Made by a program: the position numbers and the translations under genes. The notes beneath the pieces were generated by a model. It did not search any database. It was not told the DNA's origin and saw only the letters and a list, made by a program, of their open reading frames with translations. 64,000 nucleotides of DNA from Octopus vulgaris. Taxonomy: Eukaryota. The stretch covers positions 77,314,001 through 77,378,000 of the forward strand of contig OX597820.1 in NCBI GenBank assembly GCA_951406725.2. The letters are read 5' to 3'. Positions 40,981 to 53,907 of this stretch are shown here, piece by piece (within the stretch, counting starts at the first letter, position 1; each line of letters starts with the position of its first letter).

Positions 40981-43927
40981 CTAGCAACTGCTATTTGGTG
41001 CATGAGAGAGTTCGATGCAGCTGCCCTCATCTGCCCCTTCCTGCCGTGAAGTTGGTTCATCTGGGACACCTGACAGGAAGAGATCCAGCTCCATTTTAAA
41101 GACATCTGTATCCACCCCATGCAGGTCTCTCAGGTTCATCGGGAGGATATTGAAGAGCTGTGGGCCTCGGAAGCCCAGGCTATCACAGAATCTTGTCCTA
41201 CATCTTGATGGCAAGTTTGGAGTCCTAGGCACCACGCAGTGGCGCCCAGTTCTGGCGTTTGCGTAACTCTCGATGCCAAAGTTCAGGACACTTCCTCCAG
41301 GATCTTCCAAATGTATATTATGGCATATCTTTCCCGTCTACGCTCCAGGGAATATAATTTTAATCTCTTGAGTCTTTCCCAGTAGCTTACATTCTGCATA
41401 GAGGCTATCTTCTTCGTGTAGCTTCGTTGGATCGCCTCAAGTTCTGTGATCAACTTGACACTGGATGGTGACCATAGCTGAGAGCAATAGTCAAAGTGAC
41501 TTAGGACAAGTGTCTTCCAGAGGACCATCATGGTTTCTTGTTCTCTTGTTCTAAAGGTTCTAAGAATCCATCCAGTCAGCCGTCTGCATTTCATTGTCAG
41601 TTTAGCAACATGTACATGAAAGGTCGCGTCATCACTCATGTGAATACCCAGGTCACGCACTGATTGTGCCTCTGGGATTGCAATCCCTCCGGGTCCAGTG
41701 TATTCCTTGGGTATTGCATTCAGTTTTGCATGCTGATAGTATAAAGCTTGAAACTTTCAGCATTGAACTGCATGCTATTCTTTTCAGCCCACTTGTATAT
41801 TTCGTCCAGCTCATATTGCAGGTGCCTAGTGTCTTCAGGGTTCTGTATTGCCTGTGAAACTTTTGTATCATCTGCATAACTTGTGATCGTGGCTCTCCGC
41901 GTGGCTGAGGGCATGTCTGAGAGGGCCATTATGAACAGTAGTGGTCCCAAAACAGTGCCCTGTGGAACACCGCTCACTATTTGCGTGCTAATTGAAGTGG
42001 CCCCATTGGCTACTACCACCTGACTTCTATTCTTCAGAAAGTCGTGAAGCCATTCTCCTAGTTTTCCAACTATGCCAAGATCACGCAGTTTGTGACATAT
42101 CATTCCATGATCGACTTTATCGAAGGCCTTTGCGAAGTCGAGATATATGACTTCCACATTTGAGTGGTTGAGCAGTTGTTTCAGCACCCAGTCATAGTGC
42201 TGCAGGAGCTGAGTTAAGCAGCTTCTTCCTGGTCGGAAACCATGTTGGGTGTCAGGCAGCAAGTCATTTTCTTCAAGGAAGGTGATTAGTTTCCTTCTGA
42301 CTATTCGTTCCATGACCTTGCTGATGTGTGAGGTCAGAGAGATAGGTCTGTAGTTCTTGGCCTCCGCTCTGCTACCTCCTTTATGAATAGGGCATATTTT
42401 ACCTTCTTTCAGTTTTCTTGGAAGTTTGCCAGCTGCAAGGAAGCTCTGAAAGAGGAACTGCAGTGGTCTTGCTAAGACTCTCTTACATACTTTTAGGAGG
42501 ATTGCCGGGAATCCATCGGGGCCAATAGCTGAGTCTATTTTCATTTCATCTATAGCCTTTATTACATCGTCTTCCTTTATATCGATGTAATTCAACGTCG
42601 CCGCCTCTGATTCTATATCTGCAGTGGTAAAAAAGTCAGTTGGATTGCTGATTTGGAAATGCCCAAGGGGTGGAGTGAAAACACTCTTGAATTGTTCATT
42701 CAGTATTTCACTTACCCTCATTGGTTTTCCTGTGAGTGTGCCATCCTTTTCAAGGAGTGGCCCTATCCTACAGTGCACCGTAGCTGTTTCTTTGGCATAC
42801 CTGTAGAAAGCTCTGGGGTTAGTTTTTATGTTGTCTATAGCCCAGGCTTCTTTGTCTGCTCTTTCCTTTTCATGGGAGAGTTGCAGACAATTTTCAATTT
42901 CCAACAGTTTTATTTTCAGGCGGGACTTTTCACTGCTTTCAATTTGTTTGTTTAGGCGATTTGAGATTTTTGTGCGCCGTCTCATTAAAATTTTTCTCTC
43001 TCTGGGGATTTTGTTCTTGTGTACAGTGGCCTTTCTCTCTGGGACACATTTGTAGCATATGGCTTGCATTACAGACATGAATTGTTGAAGTATCATGTCG
43101 ATGTCCGGCGAGGAGAGACATTCAGGCCAGTTTTGTTTGAGGATCTCTTTCTCAATTTGTTTCCAGTTTGCCTTATTGAAGTTCAAGCTGGAAAGATTCT
43201 GAGGGTTTCTTGTAGGCTGCATGTCCGTGCTCTCTTTTGGCCCGTACATGGTCAGCTCTACCATGTTGTGATCCGAGAGTAGTGTCGGTGTCACTTTCAC
43301 ATTATGGATGAGATCCATATTATTTGTGAAGCAGAGATCCAGTGTGTTACCCGCTCTGGTTGGTTGGAGTATTACTTGCTCCATGTACAGGGTGTTGGTG
43401 AGGTTCAGGAGGGACCTCGCCTTTCCTCGTTCACATCTTGTCATTCCTGGGAGAGAAAGGCCCTCGGGCCATCTGACATTCGGTAGATTGAAGTCTCCCA
43501 TGAGAAGTACACTTATGTGTTGTTCTAATGTGGTTAGAACTTCTTCTATTTTTAAAAGGCAGTCCTCAAACTTGCCCATATGACTTGGGGCATCTGGAGG
43601 GCGATATGTAGCACACACAACTACATCAAGTTGCCTTATGTGTACAATTAGTGTGTCACACACCGAGTTTGAGTATGACAAAAGGACCTGGGGTGTGAGG
43701 TCCCCACGGATGTATATAGCAACTCCTCCATGACTTCTTTCTTTCCTGTCGGTCCGTAGTACAACATACTGTGGTATGTGTAATTCTGCATCTGCTATGT
43801 CCGGTTTCAGATGCGTTTCTGTGAGTGCTATGCATAAGGCTTGATTGCATGCGACAAAGTCTCTCAGGAACGGGACTTTTGTCCTGTTACTGTGTGTTAG
43901 TAGTCCTCTGATGTTCAGTAGGAGCAT
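40981..43927 (-). pseudogene. LINE ORF2: AP-endonuclease plus reverse transcriptase, frameshifted in the C-terminal quarter
   Basis: APE motifs LNIRGL, ALTETHL, GGVAIY, YRPP, MGDFN, TLDLCF, SDHNMV. RT motifs NYRPISLTS, QHGFRPGRSC, YLDFAKAFDKVDH, GVPQGTVLGPLLF, YADDTK. Continues in ORFs 41283-41660 (DLGI, YWERLKRLKLYSLERRRERY) and 40981-41310. Probable start is MLLLNIRG at 43927. Confidence 0.95.
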
Positions 43928-44490
43928 CGAGGTGAGGTGTATGCTGTTGCCGGTGGTGTCCACCCTGGGTCCATCTGCTGTGGCGGTCTTGTGAACCGTG
44001 GGCAGTTCCATCTGCGAGCCTGAGCCTGATGGAGCCAGGTTAGCTGCTGTACAATCTTTTGTGCCATGCACAAAAAAGATTCCTGCTCAGCAGCTGCCCT
44101 TTCAACAACACGTTGGTGGTTTGTGGTACGCACCACATCTGCGTACCTCCGTTTTGGGGCCGGTGATGCGTGGTCCATCCCATTTCCTTTCGGTGGTTGG
44201 TTTCTGTGGCAGGGTCCCGGATGTGCAAAGCGGCAGCCTGCACCTTCCTCTCCATGCCGGCAGGCACCTTTCAGGTAGAACCTACATACCCGTGTGCGCT
44301 GCTTGTTTCCATCCTTTTTGGCATATGGACAGTTAGGTTTGCCTCTATCCCTGGCTGCCTTGCCCCTTGGCTTTGTCTGAGTTTTAGCTTCAGTTTTTCC
44401 TCTTTTTTTGGCCTCTTCATCTCCATGTCCATGGCTTTTGGTGCCGGTAGGAGCATCCGTACCTGGGTTCACCTCCCGGGCAGGCCTCTC
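43915..44490 (-). pseudogene. C-terminal part of LINE ORF1 with a CCCH zinc finger
   Basis: Lys-rich segment then CRFYLKGACRHGEEGAGCRFAH (C-x7-C-x8-C-x3-H), YADVV and a short helical region; its stop overlaps the ORF2 start. The N-terminus of the listed 237-aa ORF comes from flanking sequence and microsatellite. Confidence 0.75.
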
Positions 44491-44504
44491 TCTATATATA
44501 TATA

Positions 44505-44545
<41 letters not shown>

Positions 44546-45098
44546 CGTGTGTATGTGTAACCCTCTTCTCTGCAGATATAACTTAATATTTCACGAGATC
44601 TTATAATTGGCATATTACAGTTCTGCATCTTATTTGAAAGTCATAGCCAGGCGAGATAACTCACTCAGATCCCATTCAGGAGCAATGGTCATCGATGTTT
44701 CGTCATTTTAGTGTCTTATCAAGACCACGTATCAGAACCGAAGTAGAGTTAAATTGAATAGCTTCCCCATGGCTATATTCATGGTACTATATATTATAAC
44801 TCAATCTCAAAACGATGTCGTTTTGTGAGGAAATGATATATATGTCAATAAATATATTTGTTTGCCCATGAGCCAAGGAAGTAGATGTAGAAAATAACAA
44901 TGAAAGTTTGAAATATCATTAAGATATTTATTTTTTATTTTTAACTCACTGATGTAAATAATCGGATAGATAAAAAAAACGACCTGTCTACATCAAATAC
45001 ATAAATATCAACACTCTCAATACATGTACAACATCTACAGAATGAAACAAACATATATAACAAATAGCAAAATAGTATATATATTAATAATGAACATA

Positions 45099-45520
45099 GG
45101 CGTAGGAGTGGCTGTGTGGTAAGTAGCTTGTTTACCAACCACATGGTTCCGGGTTCAGTCCCACAACGTGGTACCTTGGTCAAGTGTCTTCTACTATAGC
45201 CTCGGGCCGACCAAAGCGTTGTGAGTAGATTTGATAGACAGAAACTGAGAGAAGCCCGTCGTATATATGTATATATAAATATATATGTGTGTGTGTGTGT
45301 GTCTGTGTTTGCCCCCCCCCCCCAACATCGCTTGACAACCGATGCTGGTGTGTTTAGGTCCCCGTAACTTAGCGGTTCGACAAAAGAGACCGATAGAATA
45401 AGTACTAGGCTTCCAAAGAATAAGTCCTGGGGGTCGATTTGCTCGGACAAAAGGCGGTGCTCCAGCATGGCTACAGTCAAATGACTGAAAAAAGTAAAAG
45501 AGTAAAAAAGTAAAAGAGTA
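45099..45520 (+). mobile_element. SINE family A, complete
   Basis: Head, microsatellite and tail as in the other copies. Confidence 0.93.
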
Positions 45521-45869
45521 GCAACACAATATATTGTTTAAAGCTGATTGCACGAATGCGTAAACAAATGATCAGAAGATGAAAGAAGTAAATTAACAAC
45601 GACAACGCGCTGACTCACAAGAATAGTTTCCCATTAATAATATTCTGTTGATAAAAAGAATTGGCATCTATGTCATCTCTGGCAAAAGACAAGTTCGTAA
45701 AACTTTAAACAGTCTATTAATCACAGCTGTCACTCCGCAGCTTGAATGCAAACATTAGAAGTATAAACATCGGGACACTAGATGCTATATTGGGCATGCA
45801 GCTACATATATTTGCCATGAGCTTGGCACCCACTTCAATTATGATCCTACAGATGGTTGTGCACACATA

Positions 45870-46330
45870 CGAGGAGGTATCAAAAATTTCCTGGACTAGT
45901 TAAGTTTAATAATTGATAACTTATTTATCTAATTCTTAACATGATCTCCTTCGAAATAGTCACCTTGTACAACAATACACCGGTCCAAACGTTCTTGCCT
46001 GGAAGTCTTTTTTTCAGTAAGCAAGTAGAGGACGTTCTGCGATTCATTCTTAATCCCGAGAACGGTGTTAAAACAGCGGTATTTGACATACATTTTCATC
46101 TTGGAGAAGAGAAGGAAGTATGCAGGTGCTAAATCGGGCGAATAGAGCGAGTGCTGAAGCATTATCATGTCGTTTTTGGCGAGAAACTCACGAGTGAAGA
46201 GAGCTCAGTGACAGGGTGCATTGTTGTGAAGAATTCAATTCTTCGCAAACGTTAGGTTCGCTTGCATGGATCCAAACGATAGACCAGCATCATCATTAAT
46301 GCCATTGATTGTCCTCCGACGATCTTCAAG
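45870..46330 (-). mobile_element. 3' fragment of a second mariner family
   Basis: TA|CGAGGAGGTATCAAAAATTTCC terminal repeat; minus strand gives LQHSLYSPDLAPAYFLLFSKMK...RLDRCIVVQGDYFE. Confidence 0.82.
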
Positions 46331-47439
46331 CACAAAATGTTGAATTTCCTCCACGTTGCAAATACAAATGTAGAGCTTTTCTTATCGAAGATGGAAAAGG
46401 AAAAAGAAAAAAAAAAGGAAAAAATGTAAAATTTCGATCAAAAGGGATCGTGTATCACAGAAGGATTTTTTTTAAAACTAACAAACAAGATTAGGTTCAT
46501 CCGTGGAAAGAAAAGCCTACAGAAAAAGACTACAGTAACCTCTGGCAGGGAGGAAATAAACACATGAGAGCAAAGTGCTCTGTCTCTCTCTCTCTTTTGA
46601 AACTTTCACGAGACAAAACATGCCTCTACATTCTGACCTTCCTTTTCAAGTGGTACTTGAAAAAGTTGATGAGCGATTGGCTAGAGAGGTAAGTGTTTGT
46701 CTCTAATCCTTTCGCTCGAGTCCACCACACACATTCTTTCACCATAGCCACAAGTACGATGAACACTGCTTTGCCTTCCCTCAACCGGGAAGGCAATGCA
46801 GTTTGATATAGATAGATAGATAGACATAGATATTGTTCTTCACATTTTATTGTTTTGTTTATTGCAATAGCTTCAAAATTAACTAGACACATTGAAACTT
46901 TAGACATCAAACTATAAGTCTCTGACTAGCGCTAAATGTGTCTCCCTCCTTGGATATTTTAAAAATTAAGTGTACAATTTCAGTCATTTATTTTCATAAT
47001 CTATTCGTTTCTGGAATTTCTTTCTGCTATTCTTCTTTATTTCATTCATTATGTTTCGTCATATTTCTCTCATCAGCGATTATTGTTTACGCCAATGTAT
47101 TATAAACTGTGTAAACTGAAATATACATATATATTGATGAATCAATCACACAGAGAATTGCAGATTCCTCTAAATACCATGTAACACCCTGTCCATTAAT
47201 TGAAGAATTCGAAATAAATTCAGAATTATTTGAAGTTGCTGCAAATTCAAATAGATCAAATCAGGCAGCTAATGAGAGAAGAAACATATGTATGGTTGAA
47301 CTGCTTTCACTATAATATTTTACGAGAGGTATTCACCAGACACAACGTCAAAAGAAATTTTATGTTATCAGAAAGAAATAATAGGATGTTTAGAGGCCAT
47401 AATACGGGCAGAAACAGCAAATAGATAAACCCCGATATA

Positions 47440-48040
47440 TCAAATACCTATTCGGTCGGGCCAAACGAATGTTTTCTTTGGAAAATGGAAATAAATCTCC
47501 TCCTAGTAGTATCAAAGTATTCTGCTAACATAGCAAATTTCAGACTGAATATATTTACAAGATATATGGACGCAGATAACTTCATCTTTTCAAAACGAAA
47601 AATCCTACCAACATTAGAGTTGAAGAAAGATTCCACGGGAATCCATCTCAACCCAAAATGCCATAATCCACTTGCATTTTTCTTTAATCTCTGGATATCC
47701 ATTCCGGAGCAAACGCCCCGAAACTATAGTGCAGATATTAATAATCTTATTTGCTAAAACCACATTTATGGGACTTCTAACAAGTTTTTTACACTCCGTA
47801 GATATATCACTTTCCACTCTCTCACAGCATATGCTCCAACATATAAATTCTAGACAATCTTATACACTGAAATAAGATCTACGAAAAAACATAGTTCAGC
47901 TATCTTAATTATTAGCAATTCAAAAGAAGACACATCATCCTAATTAAACATAGGTTACAGCGCCTACAACAGAAAGTTCTATTTACTCATTTATTGTATG
48001 GTTTGTGGCGATTCAATAATCATTAGATACGTTGCAGTAT
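47440..48040 (+). mobile_element. Highly decayed Penelope-like RT/thumb remnant
   Basis: Frame-broken motifs NVFFGKM, FTRYMDAD.FIF (YxDD-like) and KTTFMGLLTSF (PLE K.TFTG..TNF-like), with a later CxxC. Confidence 0.45.
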
Positions 48041-48256
48041 AGAAATTGAGAGTTTAAATATGGACGAAAACAAAAGACGGAAATTCCAGTTGAGTACAAG
48101 CTAAATAAAATATGTTCTATCGAAAATTTCAATCAGAATTGAAGCCAGAAGCTATTTCGGTCAATTATTGATTCCCCACCATCACACTCTCTCACTATTT
48201 CTCTGTTTTCTACTGTCTGAGTAACGCACATACATACATAAATACATACATATATA

Positions 48257-48313
<57 letters not shown>

Positions 48314-48324
48314 GTATATACATA

Positions 48325-48371
<47 letters not shown>

Positions 48372-48834
48372 GCACATATATCATCATATAAGGAAAAAGG
48401 TGAAATTTATGGTATAAATATGTAGGAATAATTCCCATTGGTTTGGCAATGATTACGATATAGCAGAGGTAGTGAAAGTTTCTTTGGCAACACATCGGCT
48501 CCAAACATGAAAATATCAATCACTGCGTCTAAATACATTAAATTTTTCGATCATTATAACACTTACCAAATTCGTTATTCAGGTTTTAAAAACTTATTGG
48601 AGTTTCGCTTATGGAAACCTTACTATCTTTTAACGATGCTTTTTACTTGTGAAACATATTGTTAAAATGTTCAATGAGATAAACTTTAAGCCTCTTCTTT
48701 CTTTAATATTTGATGCCGGTTGTTATTTTATCACAATTTATCGAGTGATAATGATTAGATTTGCTGATACGACAATAATTTTAACTGGTGATTTTTACGC
48801 CAACCTTGCAAATTTAATATTGGTCGATTCGAAG

Positions 48835-49042
48835 TTGGCGAAGCGGAAGAATCGTTAGCATGTCGGGAAAAATTCTTCGCTGTATTTCGTCCGTCTTAAC
48901 GCTCTGACTTAATATTTCCTCTAGGTCGACTTTACATTTCATCTTTTCGGTGTCAATAAAAAAAGCACTGGGGTTGATGGTATGGACTTAACTTACCCCA
49001 GCCTCGAATCTGTTGGCCTTGTGACAAAATTTTGAAACCAGA
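48835..49042 (+). mobile_element. SINE family B, degenerate
   Basis: GAATCGTTAGCA...AGGTCGACTTTACATTTCATCTTTTCGGTGTCAATAAA...GGCCTTGTGACAAAATTTTGAAACC. Confidence 0.8.
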
Positions 49043-50656
49043 ATTACTGTCCAGTAGTATTACTTGTTAGGACATAGAGAGAAATGTAGGAGGAAAGCAC
49101 GATAAACAAAAGTTTATATCATTTGTTCATAAGTATATTTTACTATGTTGTTTCTTTGAAACTATGCATTAGATATTCCAAAGGAAATCGGCTACATAAC
49201 CACAACAGTTCGTCGAGGAACACACTTTGCAATGTGCATGTGTGTGTGTGTGTGTGTTTGCACAGGTGTATTTATGTGTATGTATGTTAGCACGGGTGTT
49301 TTGAACTCTATCAAAAAGCTGTGTTACGGAAGACAACTACCGGCAGACTTGTACAACAAAATTTACCTCGAGTCATATGATTGCGAAAAGATCTTCCTCA
49401 TAGCACCTTGTTTTTCAAAATGCCTTTGTGGGAACTTGGTTGATGTCTGAGTAACACATAATGTTAGTTTAGATTATTTGTATCTACAAAATGAATTCGC
49501 TAAAAATATTCTTGCTGTCAATATGGCGGATATTACATAAATTTCAAGGCAGTGGAGTGAAACCTGAAAAGAATTACAAAAGCATATAATTTATGTTTTG
49601 CTGTAAATTCTTTATTGATGCCATAAAGTAATAGCATAAATCTCCGACAGTGTCTATGCATTGTATAACTAAATGAGTACCAATTTGTGCTTCAGTAGCA
49701 TCTAACGTGATGAATACTTACAAAACCATCGAGACGCTACTTTTAAATAGTCCACATTTTCTACACGTCGTATACTTGAAGACAGTCACAGGAACGAATC
49801 GTTGTTGAGTCGATTGCTCACTCTATCTAAACATCGCAGTTAAACCAATCAAGTTTACACAGTCTATATTCATATGCTCACCATGTCACACACCTACTGT
49901 CAAGTATTTAAGTATCCTAGCAGATATAATTGCTCAGTAAATGCCATTGTGCGTCGATGAATCTTCATTTTTACGACTATATCCTGCAACTAAATATTTG
50001 TCAAATACAGTTTATTAACTTGTGTGTGTGTGTGTGTGTGCATGTATATATATACATGTATATTTATCTGTGATTATGCATATAACCGCACGCACAAACA
50101 TTTATATGTATAACACGCTTATCCTAACTTTATATATACGTATATTCATTATGTTATCTATGAAATAGTACAATTTTTGTGTTTTTATGATGAATATCCA
50201 AGATAAATCTACCGATGATTATGAATTAAACCATTGTTATATGTCAGGCGAAGTGAAATCCGTGAAAGGATTAATTTCCTTTTTATTGTATCGCAACTAA
50301 TATATTGGTAACTACAAAAGGATGGAGTTATCATGAAGTAACAGAAAATACAAACGCTGGCTTTTCATTCCGGATAAAAACCGACTGACTGAAATCGAAA
50401 ATATATTTCATGTTTTAGTCAATTCATTGAAATATATCGTTCATAAAGAAATGATGAATAACAGCATCCTGTATCTTTCTGTGTTTTGAAGATACAGAAA
50501 GCACTTCAGAGAATGTAGTGCATCAGAGCAAAGAAATTTTATTTCAGAAAATTTTGAGATAAAGACTGGTTTCTTTTTTATCGTGGGAATTATTTTATAT
50601 TTAAACTATATATACACACTACCTTATCAAAGTACATAAGCATACATACATACATG

Positions 50657-50877
50657 ACGAGCTGGCAGAAACGTTAGCAGGCCGGGCGAAATGCGTAGCC
50701 GTATTTCGTCTGCCGTTACGTTCTGAGTTCAAATTCCGCCGAGGTCGACTTTGCCTTTCATCATTTCGGGGTCGATAAATTAAGTACCAGTTACGCACTG
50801 GGGTCGATATAATCGACTTAATACTTTGTCTTTGTTTGTCCCCTCTATGTTTAGCCCCTTGTGGGTAATAAAGAAAT
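50657..50877 (+). mobile_element. SINE family B, well preserved
   Basis: Closely similar to the first unit of 13618-14020, including the tail TTAGCCCCTTGTGGGTAATAAAGAAATA. Confidence 0.9.
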
Positions 50878-50927
50878 ATATATATATATATATGTGTGTG
50901 CGTGTGTGTGTGTATACATACGTATAC

Positions 50928-50969
<42 letters not shown>

Positions 50970-51477
50970 GAGTGTATGTATATATATATATAATTTAATA
51001 AACACAATATAATTTTTTTTATGAGCTACTATTATTTTCATGCGATGAAAACAGGCTCAGGTGGCACTTTTCAACACGTTTGGCATTAAAGATGACGCTA
51101 TGAGATGTTGCTCAGCCACTCAAGTATTAATCCACTGCACATTTTCGCAGAAGCTTATGAAGTTCTTAAGGTAATCTTTTATTCCTTTCTCATCTCATTT
51201 TCTTATCGTCACTCGGTACTCGACAAAAGCTTCGCTCAGTAAACATGTATATTGACTGTTAAACGAAGTTATTAGTATTTCAATGCACAAGTATAATTCT
51301 TTACTTGATTTGACATGTCAATATATAAAAGAAAAATTAGGACGTGCCATGCTTTATAGTGATATTAAGGATTGAATAAGGTTGTCAAAAGAATTTAAGG
51401 AACTTAGGATGGAACAGAAAATAATGACTTGACATTTAGGTAGTTGAGGGTTTCGAAAAGGTATGTTTCTTGCTGTA

Positions 51478-52096
51478 GAGAAATCACTCGCCATACCGTG
51501 CTTCGCCTATCGCGGTTTATCATTTAAGATTACGCCGATTCCTCCGAGGTGTTGTTTTGCATTTATAATAAAATAGCGGAGGCGTAATGATCTAGTGGTT
51601 AGAGCAGCAGAGTAGCGGACGTAGGATCGCGGTTTCGAGACCCAGACCGGGCGTTTTGTGTGTTTATACAGCGAAAATACCCAAAGTTCCACGAGACTCC
51701 GGCAGGGGAGGGGTGGCGAAACCTGCTGTACTCTTTCACTACAACGTTCTCTCTCTTTCTTTCTACCTCTTTCTGTTGTACTTGTATTTCAAAGGGCCAG
51801 CCTTGTCTCACTCTGTGTCACGCTGAATTTCACCGAGAATTACGTTAAGGGTACAGGTGACGTGCCTGTGGAGTTGTTAGCCATTTGAACGTTAATTTCA
51901 CGAGCAGGCTGTTCCGTTGATCGGATCAACTGGAACCCTCGTCGTTGTAACCGACGGAGTGCCACGATAATAAAATAGATATATAATAATTATAAAAATA
52001 ATTAAAAAAAACATACAGAACAGTTTCTACTTAGCGGATTTACACCTATCGCGGGGCTTTTGGAACGTAAGGCCCGCGATAGTCGAGGGATTACTG
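51478..52096. mobile_element. Tigger/pogo-like MITE interrupted by a SINE
   Basis: Right end (revcomp) TA|CAGTAATCCCTCGACTATCGCGG; left end TA|GAGAAATCACTCGCCATACCGTG (degenerate); internal CCTATCGCGG subrepeats. Confidence 0.65.
51577..51966 (+). mobile_element. tRNA-derived SINE family D with 12-bp TSD
   Basis: ATAATAAAATAG at 51565-51576 and 51967-51978; homologous to 62156-62541. Confidence 0.92.
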
Positions 52097-53409
52097 TATA
52101 TGTGTTTGTATGAATGTAAACATTATATACGTAAAAGTAGCAATTAACACTCGAAGGGTTGTAACATGAATATATGCAGAAATTAAGTGAATTTATTGAA
52201 TAAATAATTGTTGCCAAACATTTTAAGAAGAGTGAAAGGGTGATTGCATCAGCCACTTGTTTATGATATGAATTCAAAATATATTCGTGGAGGGAGACGC
52301 AAATCAATGGCTATATCAACAATTAATTTACCCACTGATTTCAGGTAGCTACAAAAGAAAATATAATTTTGGCGGGTAGTATTATGTGAGATCAATTCTG
52401 TGTATTACGTGCATAGCATGTTAATACAATATCAGTTGATCAGTTTTTAGAGCCTGAATAATCAATTATTTATGGTAGTTAATGTATAAATTATGTCTTC
52501 TTGTTCAAATATTTAAGTGGGTATCTTCAGCTTCTAAAATAATGGTTAGTGCGAATCATAAATTAAAAAGGATTATATAAATGATTGTTAAAATTATATT
52601 TTTTTTGTTGAAAATTATGATACGAGTAAGACACGTTTTACAATAAATCACGTTAAACACGTTGAAAGAAGAATCACTGAGAAAAGAGAAGTGATAAACA
52701 ATAAGTGAGCGCAAATGAAATATGAGAGGAAGAAACGGTATTATAAACGGCGCAGTAATTTTCGATAACGGGCAATCAACAGCAGTGAAATACAATAGAT
52801 CACTCAAAATATATGAGGAATAGATCATATAGGGATCTTCATATTATTTTCGCTGATATACAATTGGTTGAGGTTGCAGGGAAATTATTGCATGAATCAT
52901 AAGTCTAGCACAAAAGGTATATGCGCTGTGCTTTGGAAAATGAAAACTCTCATGATATATAGACTTATTAATTACACACACGTATACATATTCTTAGTTT
53001 CCATACGCCACAATTGTTTACTTGTATCTTAATACTATCATAGAGAGTCCCAATGTGTACAGTTTCAAATACACATCACTATAGCTACAATATATGGTCT
53101 AAACCATCGCCATATCTCACATTCTGTATTATAGTTAACTCTTTGCAATGTTAAATATAGTTCTTTTTTACTTATAGCTTCGCTTTTATTATTGCTCTAC
53201 GCCCTTCTCCTTAATTTTCCTCTTAAACATCTAATTACCACAAGTTCAATAATTGATAAAATTTCACTAATCGTTTAAATTGACCAGTTTAATCGTGGAC
53301 TCGCCTGAACATAGATATGCCCGAAATATCCATCTTAAACACATCGCTTGTTACCTTGCTATAATTCTATGAAATTATATATATATATTGATATACATTT
53401 ATATGTTTA

Positions 53410-53906
53410 CTAGCAGTATCGCCCGGCATTGCTCGGGTTTGTAAGGGAAATAACTATATAAGCATTTTTAGTGAGTTATAGCAAAAAAATAGCAAAAAAT
53501 GCATTAAAAATGGAATACAAAATGATGGTAATTTTTTTTAAATCGTTGACTCATCGTAGACATTTTTAGAGAGTTACTTCCCTTATATAATAGCGAAAAA
53601 TGCATTAAAATTGAATAAAAAATGATGGTAATTTTTTTTTAATCGTTGACTCATCGTAGACATTTTTAGAGAGTTACTTCCCTTATATAATAGCGAAAAA
53701 TACATTAAAATGGAATAAAAAATGATGGTAATTTTTTTTTTAAATCGTAGACTCATCGTACACGCGCGCTAATACCCAGAAGGGCTCGATATGAATCACG
53801 ACTATAAGATACCCGAATTTGGTTAAACTGCATCGCAAAATGTGGGAGTAGTTAGGAATCTAAATCGTAGGAGACAGACACACAACCTTACTTTTATATA
53901 TAAAGA
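53410..53906 (-). mobile_element. Non-autonomous Helitron with three internal units of about 100 bp
   Basis: Minus strand A|TCTTTATATA 5' end; 3' hairpin CCCGAGCAATGCCGGG 8 nt before CTAG|T; A-T insertion site; repeats at 53463-53560, 53561-53660 and 53661-53760. Confidence 0.88.
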
Positions 53907-53907
53907 T

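Larger units (their letters stand above)
40883..44490 (-). mobile_element. 5'-truncated, fairly young CR1-group LINE inserted in a (TA)n microsatellite
   Basis: ORF1 remnant, APE-RT ORF2, short 3' UTR with stem-loop and (TCAA)n tail; TA repeats on both flanks. Confidence 0.95.

Noticed and set aside
43915-44628. The 237-aa ORF as a complete gene
   Set aside because: Its first 45 or so codons are flanking DNA and microsatellite fused in frame by chance to the truncated LINE ORF1.
53463-53760. Regularly spaced repeats resembling a CRISPR array
   Set aside because: They are contiguous 100-bp tandem units with no unique spacers, inside a Helitron, in eukaryotic DNA with no cas genes.
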